Assembly: GCA_003222245.1 (NCBI GenBank)
Contig: QHVH01000023.1
Span: forward strand, 21,215-85,214
Direction of reading: 5' to 3'
Length of the DNA stretch: 64,000 nt
Origin: Blastocatellia bacterium AA13
GTDB lineage: Bacteria > Acidobacteriota > Blastocatellia > UBA7656
Each line of letters opens with the position of its first letter. Position 1 is the first letter of the stretch. Positions 48,061 through 59,003 of the stretch are shown here, piece by piece. Under the pieces are notes generated by a model that saw only the letters and a list, made by a program, of their open reading frames with translations, made no database searches and was not told the origin of the DNA. The translations under genes were made by a program, and so were the position numbers.

Positions 48061-49371
48061 TTAGTGCGCGCGGTTCCTGCCCATTGAAACGTACTTGAAT
48101 CCAAAACTCCTGACCGTATGCGGCTCGTAGACGTTGCGCAAGTCGACGATATTCGGACTGCGTATCTCGTTCCGCAGCCGTTGTAGATCGAGGCCGCGGA
48201 ATTGGTTCCACTCAGTGATCAACACCAGCGCGTCGGCTCCTCGGCCCGCCGCATATTCATCTTCGCAATATTGCACCTCGGGCAGCACCGCTTTTGCGGC
48301 TTCCATCGAAGCGGGATCGTACGCTTTGACTCGTGCTCCAGCGGCAATCAGCTTCTCAATGATCTTGATCGCGGGCGATTCGCGTATGTCGTCGGTTTCC
48401 GGCTTGAATGAAAGTCCAAGGACGGCGATCGTTTTTGCATTTAGATCGGGAACCAACTCCCTGATTCGATCAAGCGAGAGCTCTCGCTGCTGTTCGTTGA
48501 CATCGATCACCGCGTTTGCGATTTTCAACTCATAGCCGGCGTCTTTCGCAAGCGCAACCAGGGCGCGTGCGTCTTTTGGAAAGCAACTGCCTCCGAAGCC
48601 GGGGCCCGGGTGCAGGAACTTGGGCCCTATGCGCTTGTCCATCCCCATGCCTTTCGCAACGTCCTTCACATCGGCTCCGAGCAGGTCGCATAGATTAGCG
48701 ATTTCGTTGACGAACGATACTTTCGTGGCAAGAAACGCATTGGAAGCGTATTTGATCAACTCGGCCGACTCCGGCGTGGTTATGACAAAGGGGGTTTCTA
48801 TCAGGTACAAGGGTCTGTACAGATCCTTCAAGATAGCGATTGCTTCCTCATCTCGGCATCCGATGACGACCCGGTCGGGCCGAAGAAAATCGTTAATGGC
48901 CGCGCCTTCGCGCAGGAATTCGGGATTGGCGGCGACCGAGAATCGAACGCCGGAGGTCTTGTTCTCGTCTATTATCGACTTTATGCGCCCAGCCGCGCCG
49001 ACCGGAACCGTGCTCTTTGTAACGATAACCTTGTAGCCGTTCAACGCGAACGCGATCCGCCGGGCCACTTCTTCGATCTGGCTCATATCGGCAAAGCCGT
49101 CGCCGCGATCCGGCGTTCCGACCGCTAGAAGTACAACCAGCGATTTCTCGATCGCTTCGGCGAGATTGGTGCTGAAGGCAAGCCGGCCTTCCTTAAGGTT
49201 CTTCTGTACGATCGCATCCAGTCCGGGCTCGTAGATCGGCACCCTTCCCTTTATCAGTGAATCGATTTTTGCGGCGTCCTTGTCGACACAGGTGACCGTG
49301 TTGCCGAACTCGGCAAAGCAAGCGCCGGTGACCAATCCGACGTATCCGGTGCCGATTACCGCGATTTGCAT
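48061..49371 (-). CDS. ugd: UDP-glucose 6-dehydrogenase
   Basis: 436 aa; MQIAVIGTGYVGLVTGACFA...GFGGSCFPKD (catalytic Cys). Confidence 0.9.
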   Translation of the reverse strand: MQIAVIGTGYVGLVTGACFAEFGNTVTCVDKDAAKIDSLIKGRVPIYEPGLDAIVQKNLKEGRLAFSTNLAEAIEKSLVVLLAVGTPDRGDGFADMSQIEEVARRIAFALNGYKVIVTKSTVPVGAAGRIKSIIDENKTSGVRFSVAANPEFLREGAAINDFLRPDRVVIGCRDEEAIAILKDLYRPLYLIETPFVITTPESAELIKYASNAFLATKVSFVNEIANLCDLLGADVKDVAKGMGMDKRIGPKFLHPGPGFGGSCFPKDARALVALAKDAGYELKIANAVIDVNEQQRELSLDRIRELVPDLNAKTIAVLGLSFKPETDDIRESPAIKIIEKLIAAGARVKAYDPASMEAAKAVLPEVQYCEDEYAAGRGADALVLITEWNQFRGLDLQRLRNEIRSPNIVDLRNVYEPHTVRSFGFKYVSMGRNRAH

Positions 49372-50352
49372 TTACTCCTCCCGGCCGGTCGCTATTTCAC
49401 TGAAGTACTGAATGGTCTTGGCAAGTCCCTCTTCAAGAGGAACAATAGGGCGCCACTCCAACAGCTTATTAGCGCGCGCGATGTCAGGCTGACGGACTTG
49501 CGGATCGTCGATCGGAAGGGGCTTAAATTCTACAGGGCTCTTGCTGTTGGTCTGTCGCTTCACCTCGTGAGCGAGTTGGACAACAGTGAATTCCACCGGA
49601 TTTCCAATGTTCACCGGAGAATGAACGTCCAGGTCGCTCGCCTGTTCTTTGTGGCAATGATCTTCCAGGTAGAGCAGCCTTACTATTCCATCAATCAGAT
49701 CGCTCACATAACAAAAAGACCTTGTTTGCGTGCCCTCGCCGTAGACGGTCAGCGGTTCTCCGGCGAGCGCCTGCACGATGAAATTGGAGACGACTCGTCC
49801 GTCGCGGGGCCGCATTCTCCCGCCATATGTATTGAAAATCCTCGCGATTCTTGTATCGACTCCGTGATAGCGGTGATAGGCCATGGTCATCGCTTCGGCG
49901 AATCGCTTGGCTTCATCATAGACTCCGCGAGGGCCGACGGGGTTCACGTGCCCCCAGTAGTCTTCCCGCTGCGGATGCACCTGCGGATCGCCATAAGTTT
50001 CCGAGGTTGACGCGAGCAGGAACCGTGCTCCTTTTTCGCGGGCCAGCCCAAGCGCCTTGTGAGTGCCGAGGCTCCCTACTTTCAGGGTTTGAATTGGAAG
50101 CTGAAGATAGTCGATCGGGCTTGCTGGAGATGCGAAATGGACAACGGCGTCAAGGCGGCCCGCTACATACAAATATTCGGTTACGTCCTGTTTAACGAAC
50201 TTGAACGTCTCGGTTCCAAGATGATGGGCAATGTTGTCGATTCTGCCGGTCAGCAAATTGTCGAATACGATTACCTCGTGTCCATCGGCAATCAGCCGAT
50301 CGACAAGATGCGAACCCAAAAACCCGGCGCCGCCTGTTATCAAAGTTTTCAT
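49372..50352 (-). CDS. uxs: UDP-glucuronate decarboxylase (UDP-xylose synthase) family SDR
   Basis: 326 aa; [16 protein letters not shown]...ASTSETYG...YDEAK. Confidence 0.85.
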   Translation of the reverse strand: MKTLITGGAGFLGSHLVDRLIADGHEVIVFDNLLTGRIDNIAHHLGTETFKFVKQDVTEYLYVAGRLDAVVHFASPASPIDYLQLPIQTLKVGSLGTHKALGLAREKGARFLLASTSETYGDPQVHPQREDYWGHVNPVGPRGVYDEAKRFAEAMTMAYHRYHGVDTRIARIFNTYGGRMRPRDGRVVSNFIVQALAGEPLTVYGEGTQTRSFCYVSDLIDGIVRLLYLEDHCHKEQASDLDVHSPVNIGNPVEFTVVQLAHEVKRQTNSKSPVEFKPLPIDDPQVRQPDIARANKLLEWRPIVPLEEGLAKTIQYFSEIATGREE

Positions 50353-50355
50353 ATG

Positions 50356-50856
50356 TCAGTCTATCCGATAGATGGTATCAGGGTCCTTCTCGTGCCTTAT
50401 CTCATCGATTTCTTCCGCGCGCGCCCGACCGCGATAGAGTTTGTTTGCACAGTTGATCACCCATCCGTCTACCGTGCCTATGTTCTTGTAGGCATGCACA
50501 ACCCTCGGAGGGATCAACACCACTGAGGGATTTCTTTCGCCTACTTTCAGCATCATTCTTCGGCGATGTGTTTTGCTATCGGGCCGGTTGTCCCACAGAT
50601 AAAGAGTAAAGTCGGAAGGACCAAGAAACCCGAACAGATCAGTCTGGGCTACATGTTCGTGCGGGCCCCGCGTGACTCCGGGCCGGGTGGACGAAATGTA
50701 AGCCATGACCGGCACATCTTCTTCGGCGATCTCATCCGCTCTGTAAATCTCCGCGAGCCAGCCGCGGTCGTCGCTATGATGATGAAGGCTCCGCACGGAA
50801 ACGCCTGCGATCTCTCCGTCTTCAAAGTGTTCTTCTATATTTCCGCTCCGAGTCAA
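50356..50856 (-). CDS. RmlC-like cupin (dTDP-sugar 3,5-epimerase / WxcM-FdtA-like keto-isomerase family)
   Basis: 166 aa cupin: [15 protein letters not shown]...TRGPHEH...[10 protein letters not shown]. Confidence 0.6.
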   Translation of the reverse strand: MTRSGNIEEHFEDGEIAGVSVRSLHHHSDDRGWLAEIYRADEIAEEDVPVMAYISSTRPGVTRGPHEHVAQTDLFGFLGPSDFTLYLWDNRPDSKTHRRRMMLKVGERNPSVVLIPPRVVHAYKNIGTVDGWVINCANKLYRGRARAEEIDEIRHEKDPDTIYRID

Positions 50857-50944
50857 ATCAATCCTCCATCACCGATTGTCGCGCATTGTCGTTGATCGTT
50901 TCCGTCGTGCTCGGATTATGAGACAGCGTCATCTTCAACGCGCG

Positions 50945-52123
50945 TTAGCCGTAGAATGAGTCAATCGTGTGCACGACGTATTCCTGGTCTTCAGCGCTCA
51001 GTTCCGGATAGACCGGAATCGCCAGCGCTTCCTGAGTCGCCCGCTCCGACGCCGGGAAGTCGCCTTGCTTATAGCCAAGCGACTTAAAACAGTGCTGAAG
51101 GTGCAGAGACATCGGGTAGTAGACTTCGCTGCCGATGCCCTTCTCTTTCAAATAACCCTGAAGCCGGTCTCGCTCTTCGGCTCGAATTACGAATTGATTA
51201 TAGACGTGAAAACAACCCGCGCTCTCGGAAGGAAGCTTCACCTTTCCGTTTTCCAGCAGACCCGTTTGCGCGAACAGCGAGCGATACCGAGCTGCGTTTT
51301 CGCGCCGCGCCCCCGCCCAGTCATCCAGATGACGCAGCTTCACTCGCAAAATCGCGGCTTGGAGCGAGTCCAGGCGGCTATTCATTCCGACAAATTCATG
51401 AAAGTACTTCTTCTTCGCTCCGTGTCCTCGGAGCACCTTGAGCTTCTCGGCGAACTCAGCGTCGTCGGTCGTCAACATTCCGCCGTCGCCCGCGCCGCCT
51501 AGGTTCTTCGAGGGATAGAAACTGAAACAGGCCGCCAGGCCGAGTCCTCCCGCTGGTCTGCCGAAGTACGTTGCTCCGATGGCCTGCGCGGCATCCTCGA
51601 TGATCGGAACCGAGCGCTCGGAGGCCAGCGCCTTTATCTGATCCATTGCAGCGCACTCGCCAAAGAGGTGAACCGGCAAAATGGCCTTGGTCCGATTGGT
51701 TAATGCCTTCTCGATAAGCGATGGATCGATGTTGTAAGACAGCTCGTCGATATCCAAGAAGACGGGACGCGCTCCAAGCCGAACTATCGAACCCGCGGTT
51801 GCGAAAAAAGTAAACGGCGAAGTGATTACTTCATCGCCCGGCCCCACTTCGAGCGCCATTAGCGCCAGGAGGATCGCGTCCGATCCCGACGCGCAGCCGA
51901 CGGCATGAGCCGTTCCACAGTAGCCGGCTATCTCGGATTCTAGTGCTCGCACTTCGGGTCCGAGAATGAATTGCTGGCTTTCGAGCACGGATAGCGCGGC
52001 CGCGTTGATTTCGTCGCTTATTGTCCGATACTGCGCATTGAGATCCAGAAGCGGAACCCTTCTGACGGTCTGTTCGATCATTTTGTTCCCCAGGGCCAGG
52101 TAAGTCGCGGGGGCATCGATCAC
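50945..52123 (-). CDS. DegT/DnrJ/EryC1/StrS-family PLP-dependent sugar aminotransferase
   Basis: 392 aa; SGSDAILLAL...FSFYPSKNLGGAGDGGM (PLP lysine region). Confidence 0.85.
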   Translation of the reverse strand: MIDAPATYLALGNKMIEQTVRRVPLLDLNAQYRTISDEINAAALSVLESQQFILGPEVRALESEIAGYCGTAHAVGCASGSDAILLALMALEVGPGDEVITSPFTFFATAGSIVRLGARPVFLDIDELSYNIDPSLIEKALTNRTKAILPVHLFGECAAMDQIKALASERSVPIIEDAAQAIGATYFGRPAGGLGLAACFSFYPSKNLGGAGDGGMLTTDDAEFAEKLKVLRGHGAKKKYFHEFVGMNSRLDSLQAAILRVKLRHLDDWAGARRENAARYRSLFAQTGLLENGKVKLPSESAGCFHVYNQFVIRAEERDRLQGYLKEKGIGSEVYYPMSLHLQHCFKSLGYKQGDFPASERATQEALAIPVYPELSAEDQEYVVHTIDSFYG

Positions 52124-52402
52124 GCTACTCGATTAGGGCAGACAATATTATATGGAAACCCTCTTATCGTCAAAAACTTTGGAGTCCAACGGCGAACCCG
52201 CGCTTAGTCTTTTAACACCTTCGCGTCTCGCGCCCATAACACTTTTGGTTAGGTGTCCGCTGACAAAATATGTAAATCAAGAAGAGATCCGACCTTACTA
52301 ATCGAGTCCGGCCATTCATATTCAATAATTTAGTCTATCGACTACGCCGTCGGCCTCGCGGCATCGAGCTTGCACTAGACCAGACCGAGCTTCGGAGAAA
52401 CA

Positions 52403-52464
52403 AGAGAGACCGGATGATCTGGGTACTGGGGGCTACGTTGATCATCCCGGTCTCTCTTAATTTT
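52403..52464 (+). promoter_or_regulatory. Long hairpin + T-rich tail in the divergent intergenic region (attenuator, small RNA or terminator-like element)
   Basis: AGAGAGACCGGATGATC (52403-52419), a 20-nt loop, GATCATCCCGGTCTCTCT (52440-52457), then TAATTTT. Confidence 0.35.
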
Positions 52465-52693
52465 AAACCGCTGCATTTTTGACATTCCACATCCTCAGCA
52501 ACAAAACCACCCGATCAAGCCATCTCTACTACCTTCCAAACTTCCTGATCTGATCTTTCGAAACGCCCATTCTCAATCTTCCCATCTCCGAAGCCAATAC
52601 TTAGCTACTTCGCTAATTTTATTCTTGACTTATTGCTAGCCATTCAGCTAAACATCTCGGCGCAATTCAAATTAAGATTGGAGAATAAGCAAA

Positions 52694-53002
52694 ATGTCGA
52701 AGCCGATGAGTGTGTTGTGCATATATCGCATCAAGCCGGGTAAAGAGGGAGAGTTTCTCGAGATCCTGCGCCGTCACTGGCCCACCCTGGATCGCGCCGG
52801 TCTGGTCTCTGAAACCCCGGCCCGAATATTCAGCGGTTCCACCAAGGATGGCAAGCAGTCGTTCATTGAAATCTTCGAGTGGAAGGACGAAGAGACGCCC
52901 AACATCGCGCACCAAACGCCCGAAGTTATGGCGATCTGGGAACCGATGGGCGCGCTCACCGAAGGCATGGAGTTCATACACCTTGAGCCGGTGACTGCTT
53001 AG
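52694..53002 (+). CDS. Small ABM/Dabb-fold protein
   Basis: 102 aa; VLCIYRIKPGKEGEFLEILRRHW...FIEIFEWKDEE. Confidence 0.5.
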   Translation: MSKPMSVLCIYRIKPGKEGEFLEILRRHWPTLDRAGLVSETPARIFSGSTKDGKQSFIEIFEWKDEETPNIAHQTPEVMAIWEPMGALTEGMEFIHLEPVTA

Positions 53003-53003
53003 A

Positions 53004-53306
53004 TTGGACACGTTTGACGCAAAAGAACGCCTCGATGAGGTCGACAAGGTATTTGCCGCGCTCGCACACTCATCGAGGCGTCACATATTGCTGGTCGTCA
53101 TGCTGCGCGGCGGAAAGATGACCGCGGGCGAGATCGCGGGGCGCTTCGGCTGTTCCTGGCCTACGACAAGCAGACATCTTCGCGTGCTCGAGAAGGCGGG
53201 CCTTATAACCTTCAAGAAGGAAGGCCGGACTCGCGTGTATATGATCGACAACAAAAAGCTCGATCGAGTACGGGAATGGCTCGGATGGTTCAAACCTGTC
53301 GAGTGA
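53004..53306 (+). CDS. ArsR/SmtB-family transcriptional regulator
   Basis: 100 aa; wHTH ALAHSSRRHILLVVMLRGGKMTAGEIAGRFGCSWPTTSRHLRVLEKAGLI. Confidence 0.8.
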   Translation: MDTFDAKERLDEVDKVFAALAHSSRRHILLVVMLRGGKMTAGEIAGRFGCSWPTTSRHLRVLEKAGLITFKKEGRTRVYMIDNKKLDRVREWLGWFKPVE

Positions 53307-53355
53307 GCAATCTTCGCAGTCGCTCGCCGCATCATCGCAATGCTATGATCGCCGA

Positions 53356-53871
53356 ATGTTAAGCAACGCCGCCCCTTTTTTCATTGGCCGCTTCATCGCT
53401 GCGCTAGTCATAGCGTTCGGTATATCCGGGAATGCGTTGGGCGTACCGTGGCGCGGGGTTGTTCCGCTTCATTCAACCAAAGCTCAGGCTCGAGCAAAGC
53501 TCGGCAAACCAACATACGAAACAAGCGATCGGATGGAATTCACCACGCGCGACGGCAAAGTCGTGATCTTCTTTTATACGACCGAAGATACTCAGAACCT
53601 GAAACTGGCGCCCTCTCTGGCGGGAAAAGTTCTCACAATTTATGTTTATCCGAAGAGACCTCGATCTTACGATCCAGCTCAACTAAAAAAGAGAACCCGC
53701 ACTGTCGGCCGAGGCGTTACGTCGGAAGGCGAGACGATGGTGAGTTATGACGACGGAGAGCGGGGCATCAGCTATCATTTCAAAAAGGAAGAAAACAAGG
53801 TGTGGCGCATCGTCTACTACGCGCCGCGAGCCGAGTTCGCCAGGTTCAAGCTTGAAGAGCCTGCAAAGTAA
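53356..53871 (+). CDS. Hypothetical secreted protein
   Basis: 171 aa, N-terminal hydrophobic signal, no recognisable motif. Confidence 0.45.
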   Translation: MLSNAAPFFIGRFIAALVIAFGISGNALGVPWRGVVPLHSTKAQARAKLGKPTYETSDRMEFTTRDGKVVIFFYTTEDTQNLKLAPSLAGKVLTIYVYPKRPRSYDPAQLKKRTRTVGRGVTSEGETMVSYDDGERGISYHFKKEENKVWRIVYYAPRAEFARFKLEEPAK

Positions 53872-53880
53872 ACGATCTCA

Positions 53881-55173
53881 TTACCGGCCCAGTCCTTCGC
53901 CTTCATCCTTCTCCGATCTAGCTTTTGAGCGCCTGGATTCGAGGTATGCGTCGATCCAGTGATATTGCCTGACGTATTTGTTTGTTTCGTAGCGAAAAAT
54001 CGGCTGCGTGTATGTCCGATTGACGTAGACCGTGCGCGTCCGGCCTTTCTGAGCGCGGACGCTGACCGGAACCTTCCTGGTCACGCTCATCATCGGCTGG
54101 CTTTCCGCATTGGGGTCTTCCATCCACTCCGCGCCATCGTGATTTAGAACCGAGAGCACGCGGCCCACGCCTCCGTTGTAAGCGGCAGCCAGATAGGGAC
54201 CGATCCTCTCGCGCGGGATGTCGCTTACGTTCCTGATCGTTTCCCAATCCGAATCGCATAACAACATCTGAGCCGTTATCGCGTTGGTCGTATCTTTCAT
54301 GCCGCGCGCGAAGTCGGGTATCAGCTCAGCCGCGGGATAAAACCTTGCGATTCTCGCGTAGACCGAGGGCATCATCTGGACCAGTCCTCTGGCGCCCGCG
54401 GGGCTGATCGAATACGCATATGAGTGCTCTCGATTTGTTCCGATTATCGTAAGAACTCGCTCGACCAAACCTGCCGTGTTCTGAGCGCTCTTGAACTCGC
54501 CTGGATCGATGTGCTCGTTGATGAGCAGTTCGCTTACGAGATCTCTGGGAATAACTTCCGAGACTTTCTTGCCCGGTATCGCTCGCGAATAGACCTGTCT
54601 TTCCTTTAGTCGGGAATATGCTTTAGCGACGAGATCCGCCTGAACTTCGAAGCCCTTTTTAACTACTTCCTCGGTCTTTATCTCCGCCGAATATGGCGTA
54701 TAGACGGCTTCAATAACGGATGGGCCTGGCCCAAAGCGATACCCCTCGTTCGATACGGGATATTTTACGGCCAGAATCCGGCCGCCCGCGGGCCTATCGC
54801 AGGCAAAATCGGTATTGATGCCGTTGCTGTTTCTCTGATAGATCGCAAACCCGTCGGTCGAGATCTCAAAGCCGTTGTCTCGTTTAATGCCGCGAGCCAC
54901 GTGCAGCTTCCCTTCCCTGTCCATTACGGCGAGGGCCATCTCGCGGCCGACGATACCCATCACCGGAATTTCTTTGTAGCTTCGCCGCGACACTTTGACT
55001 CTCTTAGCGCCTACGACGCCTTCAACCATCTTAACGCTTTCGTCTTTGAGCTTGTGTCTGGCTTCGTCAATCTTCGAGAGAAGGTTAATGGCCTCGCTCT
55101 TCTGGCCATGACTGACGATCTGAAATCCGGTGAAGGTGAGGAATAACGCGAAAAGAACCGCCGACCTTTTCAT
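53881..55173 (-). CDS. Lytic transglycosylase (SLT domain), secreted
   Basis: Signal peptide; SLT core ARGLVQMMPSVYA...AYNGGVGRV. Confidence 0.75.
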   Translation of the reverse strand: MKRSAVLFALFLTFTGFQIVSHGQKSEAINLLSKIDEARHKLKDESVKMVEGVVGAKRVKVSRRSYKEIPVMGIVGREMALAVMDREGKLHVARGIKRDNGFEISTDGFAIYQRNSNGINTDFACDRPAGGRILAVKYPVSNEGYRFGPGPSVIEAVYTPYSAEIKTEEVVKKGFEVQADLVAKAYSRLKERQVYSRAIPGKKVSEVIPRDLVSELLINEHIDPGEFKSAQNTAGLVERVLTIIGTNREHSYAYSISPAGARGLVQMMPSVYARIARFYPAAELIPDFARGMKDTTNAITAQMLLCDSDWETIRNVSDIPRERIGPYLAAAYNGGVGRVLSVLNHDGAEWMEDPNAESQPMMSVTRKVPVSVRAQKGRTRTVYVNRTYTQPIFRYETNKYVRQYHWIDAYLESRRSKARSEKDEGEGLGR

Positions 55174-55358
55174 TCCACTGCCCCGCTTGTGATTTTACTT
55201 CCTGCTAAAAATGTTCTTGGATCATAGCAGGACGCGGGTTGCGGACCAACACTTTTTTACACCTACACTTTTATACCTGATTGGGAATGGGTGCACTCAA
55301 TCGTTGAAAGCTGTCCGCTGATCGCTGCTCGACTACCGCCGAAGGCTGATCGCCATCC

Positions 55359-56255
55359 TTGCTTACACATGTCTCTCAATGTACCTTCTTCGTGCCCGGC
55401 CCAATCCCCGGACCAATCCAATGTAGGAGCGCAGCCCCTTTGCAGACTGTCAGCCTGACAAAAATACTCTCGGATCTGGCCAGGGGTGATCTGACGGATT
55501 TTCGCGGCGAATTGGCGGAGCTGGTTATCCGAATCGCCGTGGCTTTATCGATCTTCGTCGGGAGCCTCCTGATCGCCAAGTACATGCGAAGCGGCCTGGG
55601 CCGAATCCTGGATCGCGGCCGCGTATCCAAAGACCCTCTCCTGCGTAATTTCTTTCTTCGAGCGACCTCAATCACAATTTCCGTACTGGGCTTTTTGATA
55701 GCCCTTACGCATGTGGGATTCGACGTCACTACTTTCGTGGCCGGACTGGGCGTGACGGGTCTGATACTCGGCTTCGGGTTCAAGGACGTGCTCTCCAACT
55801 TTGCCGCCGGGCTTCTCCTGCTTGTTTACAGGCCCTTTCGAGCCGGTGAGGTAATCGAAGTCGAGGGAACTCAGGGAACCGTAACGGAGCTGACCATCGT
55901 CAACATCAATATGACAACCACCGACGGCGTCTGCGTAATCATGCCCAATTCAAAGGTGTGGGGCGCGAAGATCATCAATTATTCACTGAGTCAGCGGCGC
56001 CGCGCTGAGTTTACATTCAAGGTAAAGAGAGAGCAGCTCAAGCTCGCGATGGGTGTTATCGAATCGGTACTGGAAAAGGACGAACGGATTCTGAAGACTC
56101 CTCAGCCGATCACGCGAGTGACCGGAGTGGGCGACGGCGCGGCAACGTTCAGTGTTCTCGTCTGGACAAAACCCGAAGACTACCAGGCGGTAGTCGGCGA
56201 CGAATACGCTCAGCTCCTGGCGGCGTTCAACTCACATCAACTTGATATCCTGTGA
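55359..56255 (+). CDS. Small-conductance mechanosensitive channel (MscS family)
   Basis: TM helices followed by the MscS beta domain: GFKDVLSNFAAGLLLLVYRPFRAGEVIEVEGTQGTVTELTIVNINMTTTDG. Confidence 0.8.
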   Translation: MLTHVSQCTFFVPGPIPGPIQCRSAAPLQTVSLTKILSDLARGDLTDFRGELAELVIRIAVALSIFVGSLLIAKYMRSGLGRILDRGRVSKDPLLRNFFLRATSITISVLGFLIALTHVGFDVTTFVAGLGVTGLILGFGFKDVLSNFAAGLLLLVYRPFRAGEVIEVEGTQGTVTELTIVNINMTTTDGVCVIMPNSKVWGAKIINYSLSQRRRAEFTFKVKREQLKLAMGVIESVLEKDERILKTPQPITRVTGVGDGAATFSVLVWTKPEDYQAVVGDEYAQLLAAFNSHQLDIL

Positions 56256-56359
56256 GACGCACGCGCTCGGATTCTGACTGGCCGCATCGCGGCCTCCGCC
56301 CGAGAATTCCATACGAAAGAGAGGCTGCTGCAATGCGGCCCGGCGTTAGCGAGATGGGT

Positions 56360-56926
56360 TCAGCCGAGAATATCATCCGTGTTCAGTATCAGGGGCCGGA
56401 TGCTCTCCGATGAGACAGCCTCCCCGCGCCGCGCCATTCTGATACTCTGATATGCTCCATTCACGGGCTCCGAGTGGGACTCAACTCGATCTTCGGGCAG
56501 ATTCACTAGCCATACCTCAGGAATGCCTGCTCTCGCATACAACGGAAGCTTTACTCTCCGATCGAGATTCACGGAGGCGTCCGCTACCTCTATGATCAGA
56601 AGTACGTCGGCGGGCGTGGGCAGTGATTGAGCGTAGAAATCTTCTCGAGGTTTTAACAGCGCTATATCGGGTTCCGGTTCGGAATAATTGTCGAGACGAA
56701 AGGGATTCTGAACGCTGACGATTACCTGCTCGCCGATCTTGCGATTCAGCGTCGCATTGAGTCGGTTTACACATGCCACATGGCGGCTCCCTATGGGGCT
56801 CATCTTTATGATCTCACCATCGATAAGCTCAACATGATCGTCTTCCGAGAGAATACCGGCCTCCAACATGCGCTGATATTCATCGACGTTAAAGATCCGA
56901 TGTTCCAGTTGGACCGACATAGTCAC
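56360..56926 (-). CDS. Uma2-family (DUF820) endonuclease-fold protein
   Basis: 188 aa; EYQRMLEAGIL...VELIDGEII.MSP...PDIALL...LIIEV (PD-(D/E)xK-like). Confidence 0.8.
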   Translation of the reverse strand: MTMSVQLEHRIFNVDEYQRMLEAGILSEDDHVELIDGEIIKMSPIGSRHVACVNRLNATLNRKIGEQVIVSVQNPFRLDNYSEPEPDIALLKPREDFYAQSLPTPADVLLIIEVADASVNLDRRVKLPLYARAGIPEVWLVNLPEDRVESHSEPVNGAYQSIRMARRGEAVSSESIRPLILNTDDILG

Positions 56927-57026
56927 TCACCTTCGCGATAATCGTTCACCTACAGGATAGCCCGTCGAAGGCGTTCCGCATATACGAAATTTACGGGTCG
57001 ACGCAGCCCTGGCGGCCCACATCCGA

Positions 57027-57755
57027 TCAGGAAACATCAGGGAAGATTGGGTCGAATGTCTCGATCGATTCGTGTCCCCCGCTTTCGATCTTTCTTCCCG
57101 GCCTAACGCACAGCAGAGTATTCAGCCCGGCTTGTTGAGCGGCATCAAGCTCCGCAACTACATCGGAGACGAATAGAATGTCCGAAGGCGAATCATCGAT
57201 CTCGGCGGCAATACCTTTGTAGCTGTCCGCGTTGACCTTTGGGCCGACGTTCGTGTCGAAATAGTAACTAAGCAGAGGCGTCAGATCGCCGGCTGTGGTG
57301 TGCGAGAAAAGGAGTCGCTGGGCAAGGACGCTTCCGGACGAGAAGATGCCTGCCTTTCTTCCCTGTTTGCGCCATCGCTCTAACGCCCGCGGAACGTCGT
57401 CATAAATCCGGCCATGCAATTGGCCGCTTTCGTAACCAGCGCGCCAGATCTTTCCCTGCAGCGATTTCAGAGGCGTGGCTTTGCGATCGAGCGAGATCAG
57501 CCATCGCACATAAGCTCCGAGCGATTGCGGGTCGCCGCGGATTTCAGGCGGATCGAGACCCTTGTCGGCATCGCCTTCGCGCTCGGCTCGCAGGCCGGCA
57601 ATGTCGCTCTGAACAGATTGATCGTCCCAACGCTCTCTTAAAAACTGCTCCGCCTGAGCGCTTGCGAACGGAAACAGCACATCGTAGACAAATTCGACGG
57701 GTGTCGTAGTCCCTTCGATGTCCAACAGGATCGCGCGAACGGCTCGATCGCTCAT
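57027..57755 (-). CDS. mtnC: Enolase-phosphatase E1 (HAD hydrolase, methionine salvage)
   Basis: 242 aa; ILLDIEGTTTP...IFSSGS...LFVSDV. Confidence 0.8.
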   Translation of the reverse strand: MSDRAVRAILLDIEGTTTPVEFVYDVLFPFASAQAEQFLRERWDDQSVQSDIAGLRAEREGDADKGLDPPEIRGDPQSLGAYVRWLISLDRKATPLKSLQGKIWRAGYESGQLHGRIYDDVPRALERWRKQGRKAGIFSSGSVLAQRLLFSHTTAGDLTPLLSYYFDTNVGPKVNADSYKGIAAEIDDSPSDILFVSDVVAELDAAQQAGLNTLLCVRPGRKIESGGHESIETFDPIFPDVS

Positions 57756-57756
57756 G

Positions 57757-58320
57757 CTAGATCGCGGTTCCCAACGGAATATATTCGTGGCCGAGGCAAA
57801 CGGGCTCGTAAGCCTTTTCCGTCAGGCTCTCGGTATAACGAGGCGTCCAGCCGGACTGGTCCTTGAACAGCCTGATCGCACGAATACGCCGATCGGAGCA
57901 AAGATCGAACCAGTGCAGAGTGTCTTTCGGCACCCTGATCAGGTCTCCGGACTCAACCTCGATGGCGACCACCGGAAGATCGGGCGGGTGAATATGAAAT
58001 ACGCCGCGTCCTTCGATTATGAATCGAACCTCGTCGTCGTCGTGCCAGTGTTCCTTGCTGAACTTCGCCAGCATCTCATTCAGTCCGGGAGTTGACTGAG
58101 TGACGTCGATGACATCAGCCGTGACGTAGCCTTCGCGTGATTTAAGCTCGTCGATTTGGCGTGAATAGGCTTCTAGAATCGCCTCGCTCGATGCACCCTG
58201 AGACACGGGCTCGGAGGCTTCCCAACGCTCGTATTCGATTCCGATGCCGTCCAGGTAAGATGCGATTTCGGTTGTTGATTCGATTGTTCTGTCTTCGGCT
58301 GGAACTCTGACTCTTGCCAT
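57757..58320 (-). CDS. mtnD: Acireductone dioxygenase (ARD, cupin)
   Basis: 187 aa; [21 protein letters not shown]...HWF. Confidence 0.85.
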   Translation of the reverse strand: MARVRVPAEDRTIESTTEIASYLDGIGIEYERWEASEPVSQGASSEAILEAYSRQIDELKSREGYVTADVIDVTQSTPGLNEMLAKFSKEHWHDDDEVRFIIEGRGVFHIHPPDLPVVAIEVESGDLIRVPKDTLHWFDLCSDRRIRAIRLFKDQSGWTPRYTESLTEKAYEPVCLGHEYIPLGTAI

Positions 58321-58331
58321 TTAGATCCTCC

Positions 58332-59003
58332 TCACATCGTATTTAGCGTCGAGCGTCTCCCCGCGACTTCCAAAAGAAATTCAAGAATTTCAATGTGGCG
58401 GCGAGCCTCAGCCAAATCGCGGCCCCAGGTATAGAGCCCGTGCCTTCTCAAGAGGAACGCGTGCGCTCCGTCGTATTTTTTGAGACAGGCTTTCACCTTT
58501 TCGGCCAGCACGGTCATATCCTGATGATTATCCAGAATGGGCAGCTTCTCCCGGTGTTCGTGGGTTCGGATTCCGTCCAGACCCTTCAACATCTCGTAGC
58601 CCTCGATCTCGATATAGTCGCTTCGGGCATCAGCGGCTATCGTGCTCCAGATCGAATGCGTGTGCAGCACTGCTCCGGCTCCTCGCGCCTGAGCCACCGC
58701 GAGATGAAGCAGCGTTTCATCCGAGGGTTTTCCAGAGCCTTTTAGTACCTTGCATTCTTCATCAATCAGAAGAATCTGTTCGCTGGTTAAGGCGCCTTTA
58801 TCGGCGCCTGATTGTGAGATCGCAAGCACGAGCGGCGAGCGGCTGATCACCGCGCTGAAGTTACCGCTCGTTCCCATTACCCAGCCGCGAGCATAGAATC
58901 CCCTTCCAACCTCTACAAGGCTCTCGGCTATCTCGGAAGATGCAAGCGTTTGATCCATGCACCGGCTATTCTCCCTCTCGAAACTTATGTTGGCAACCGA
59001 CAT
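58332..59003 (-). CDS. mtnB: Methylthioribulose-1-phosphate dehydratase (class II aldolase/adducin fold)
   Basis: 223 aa; [12 protein letters not shown]...AVLHTHS. Confidence 0.8.
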   Translation of the reverse strand: MSVANISFERENSRCMDQTLASSEIAESLVEVGRGFYARGWVMGTSGNFSAVISRSPLVLAISQSGADKGALTSEQILLIDEECKVLKGSGKPSDETLLHLAVAQARGAGAVLHTHSIWSTIAADARSDYIEIEGYEMLKGLDGIRTHEHREKLPILDNHQDMTVLAEKVKACLKKYDGAHAFLLRRHGLYTWGRDLAEARRHIEILEFLLEVAGRRSTLNTM

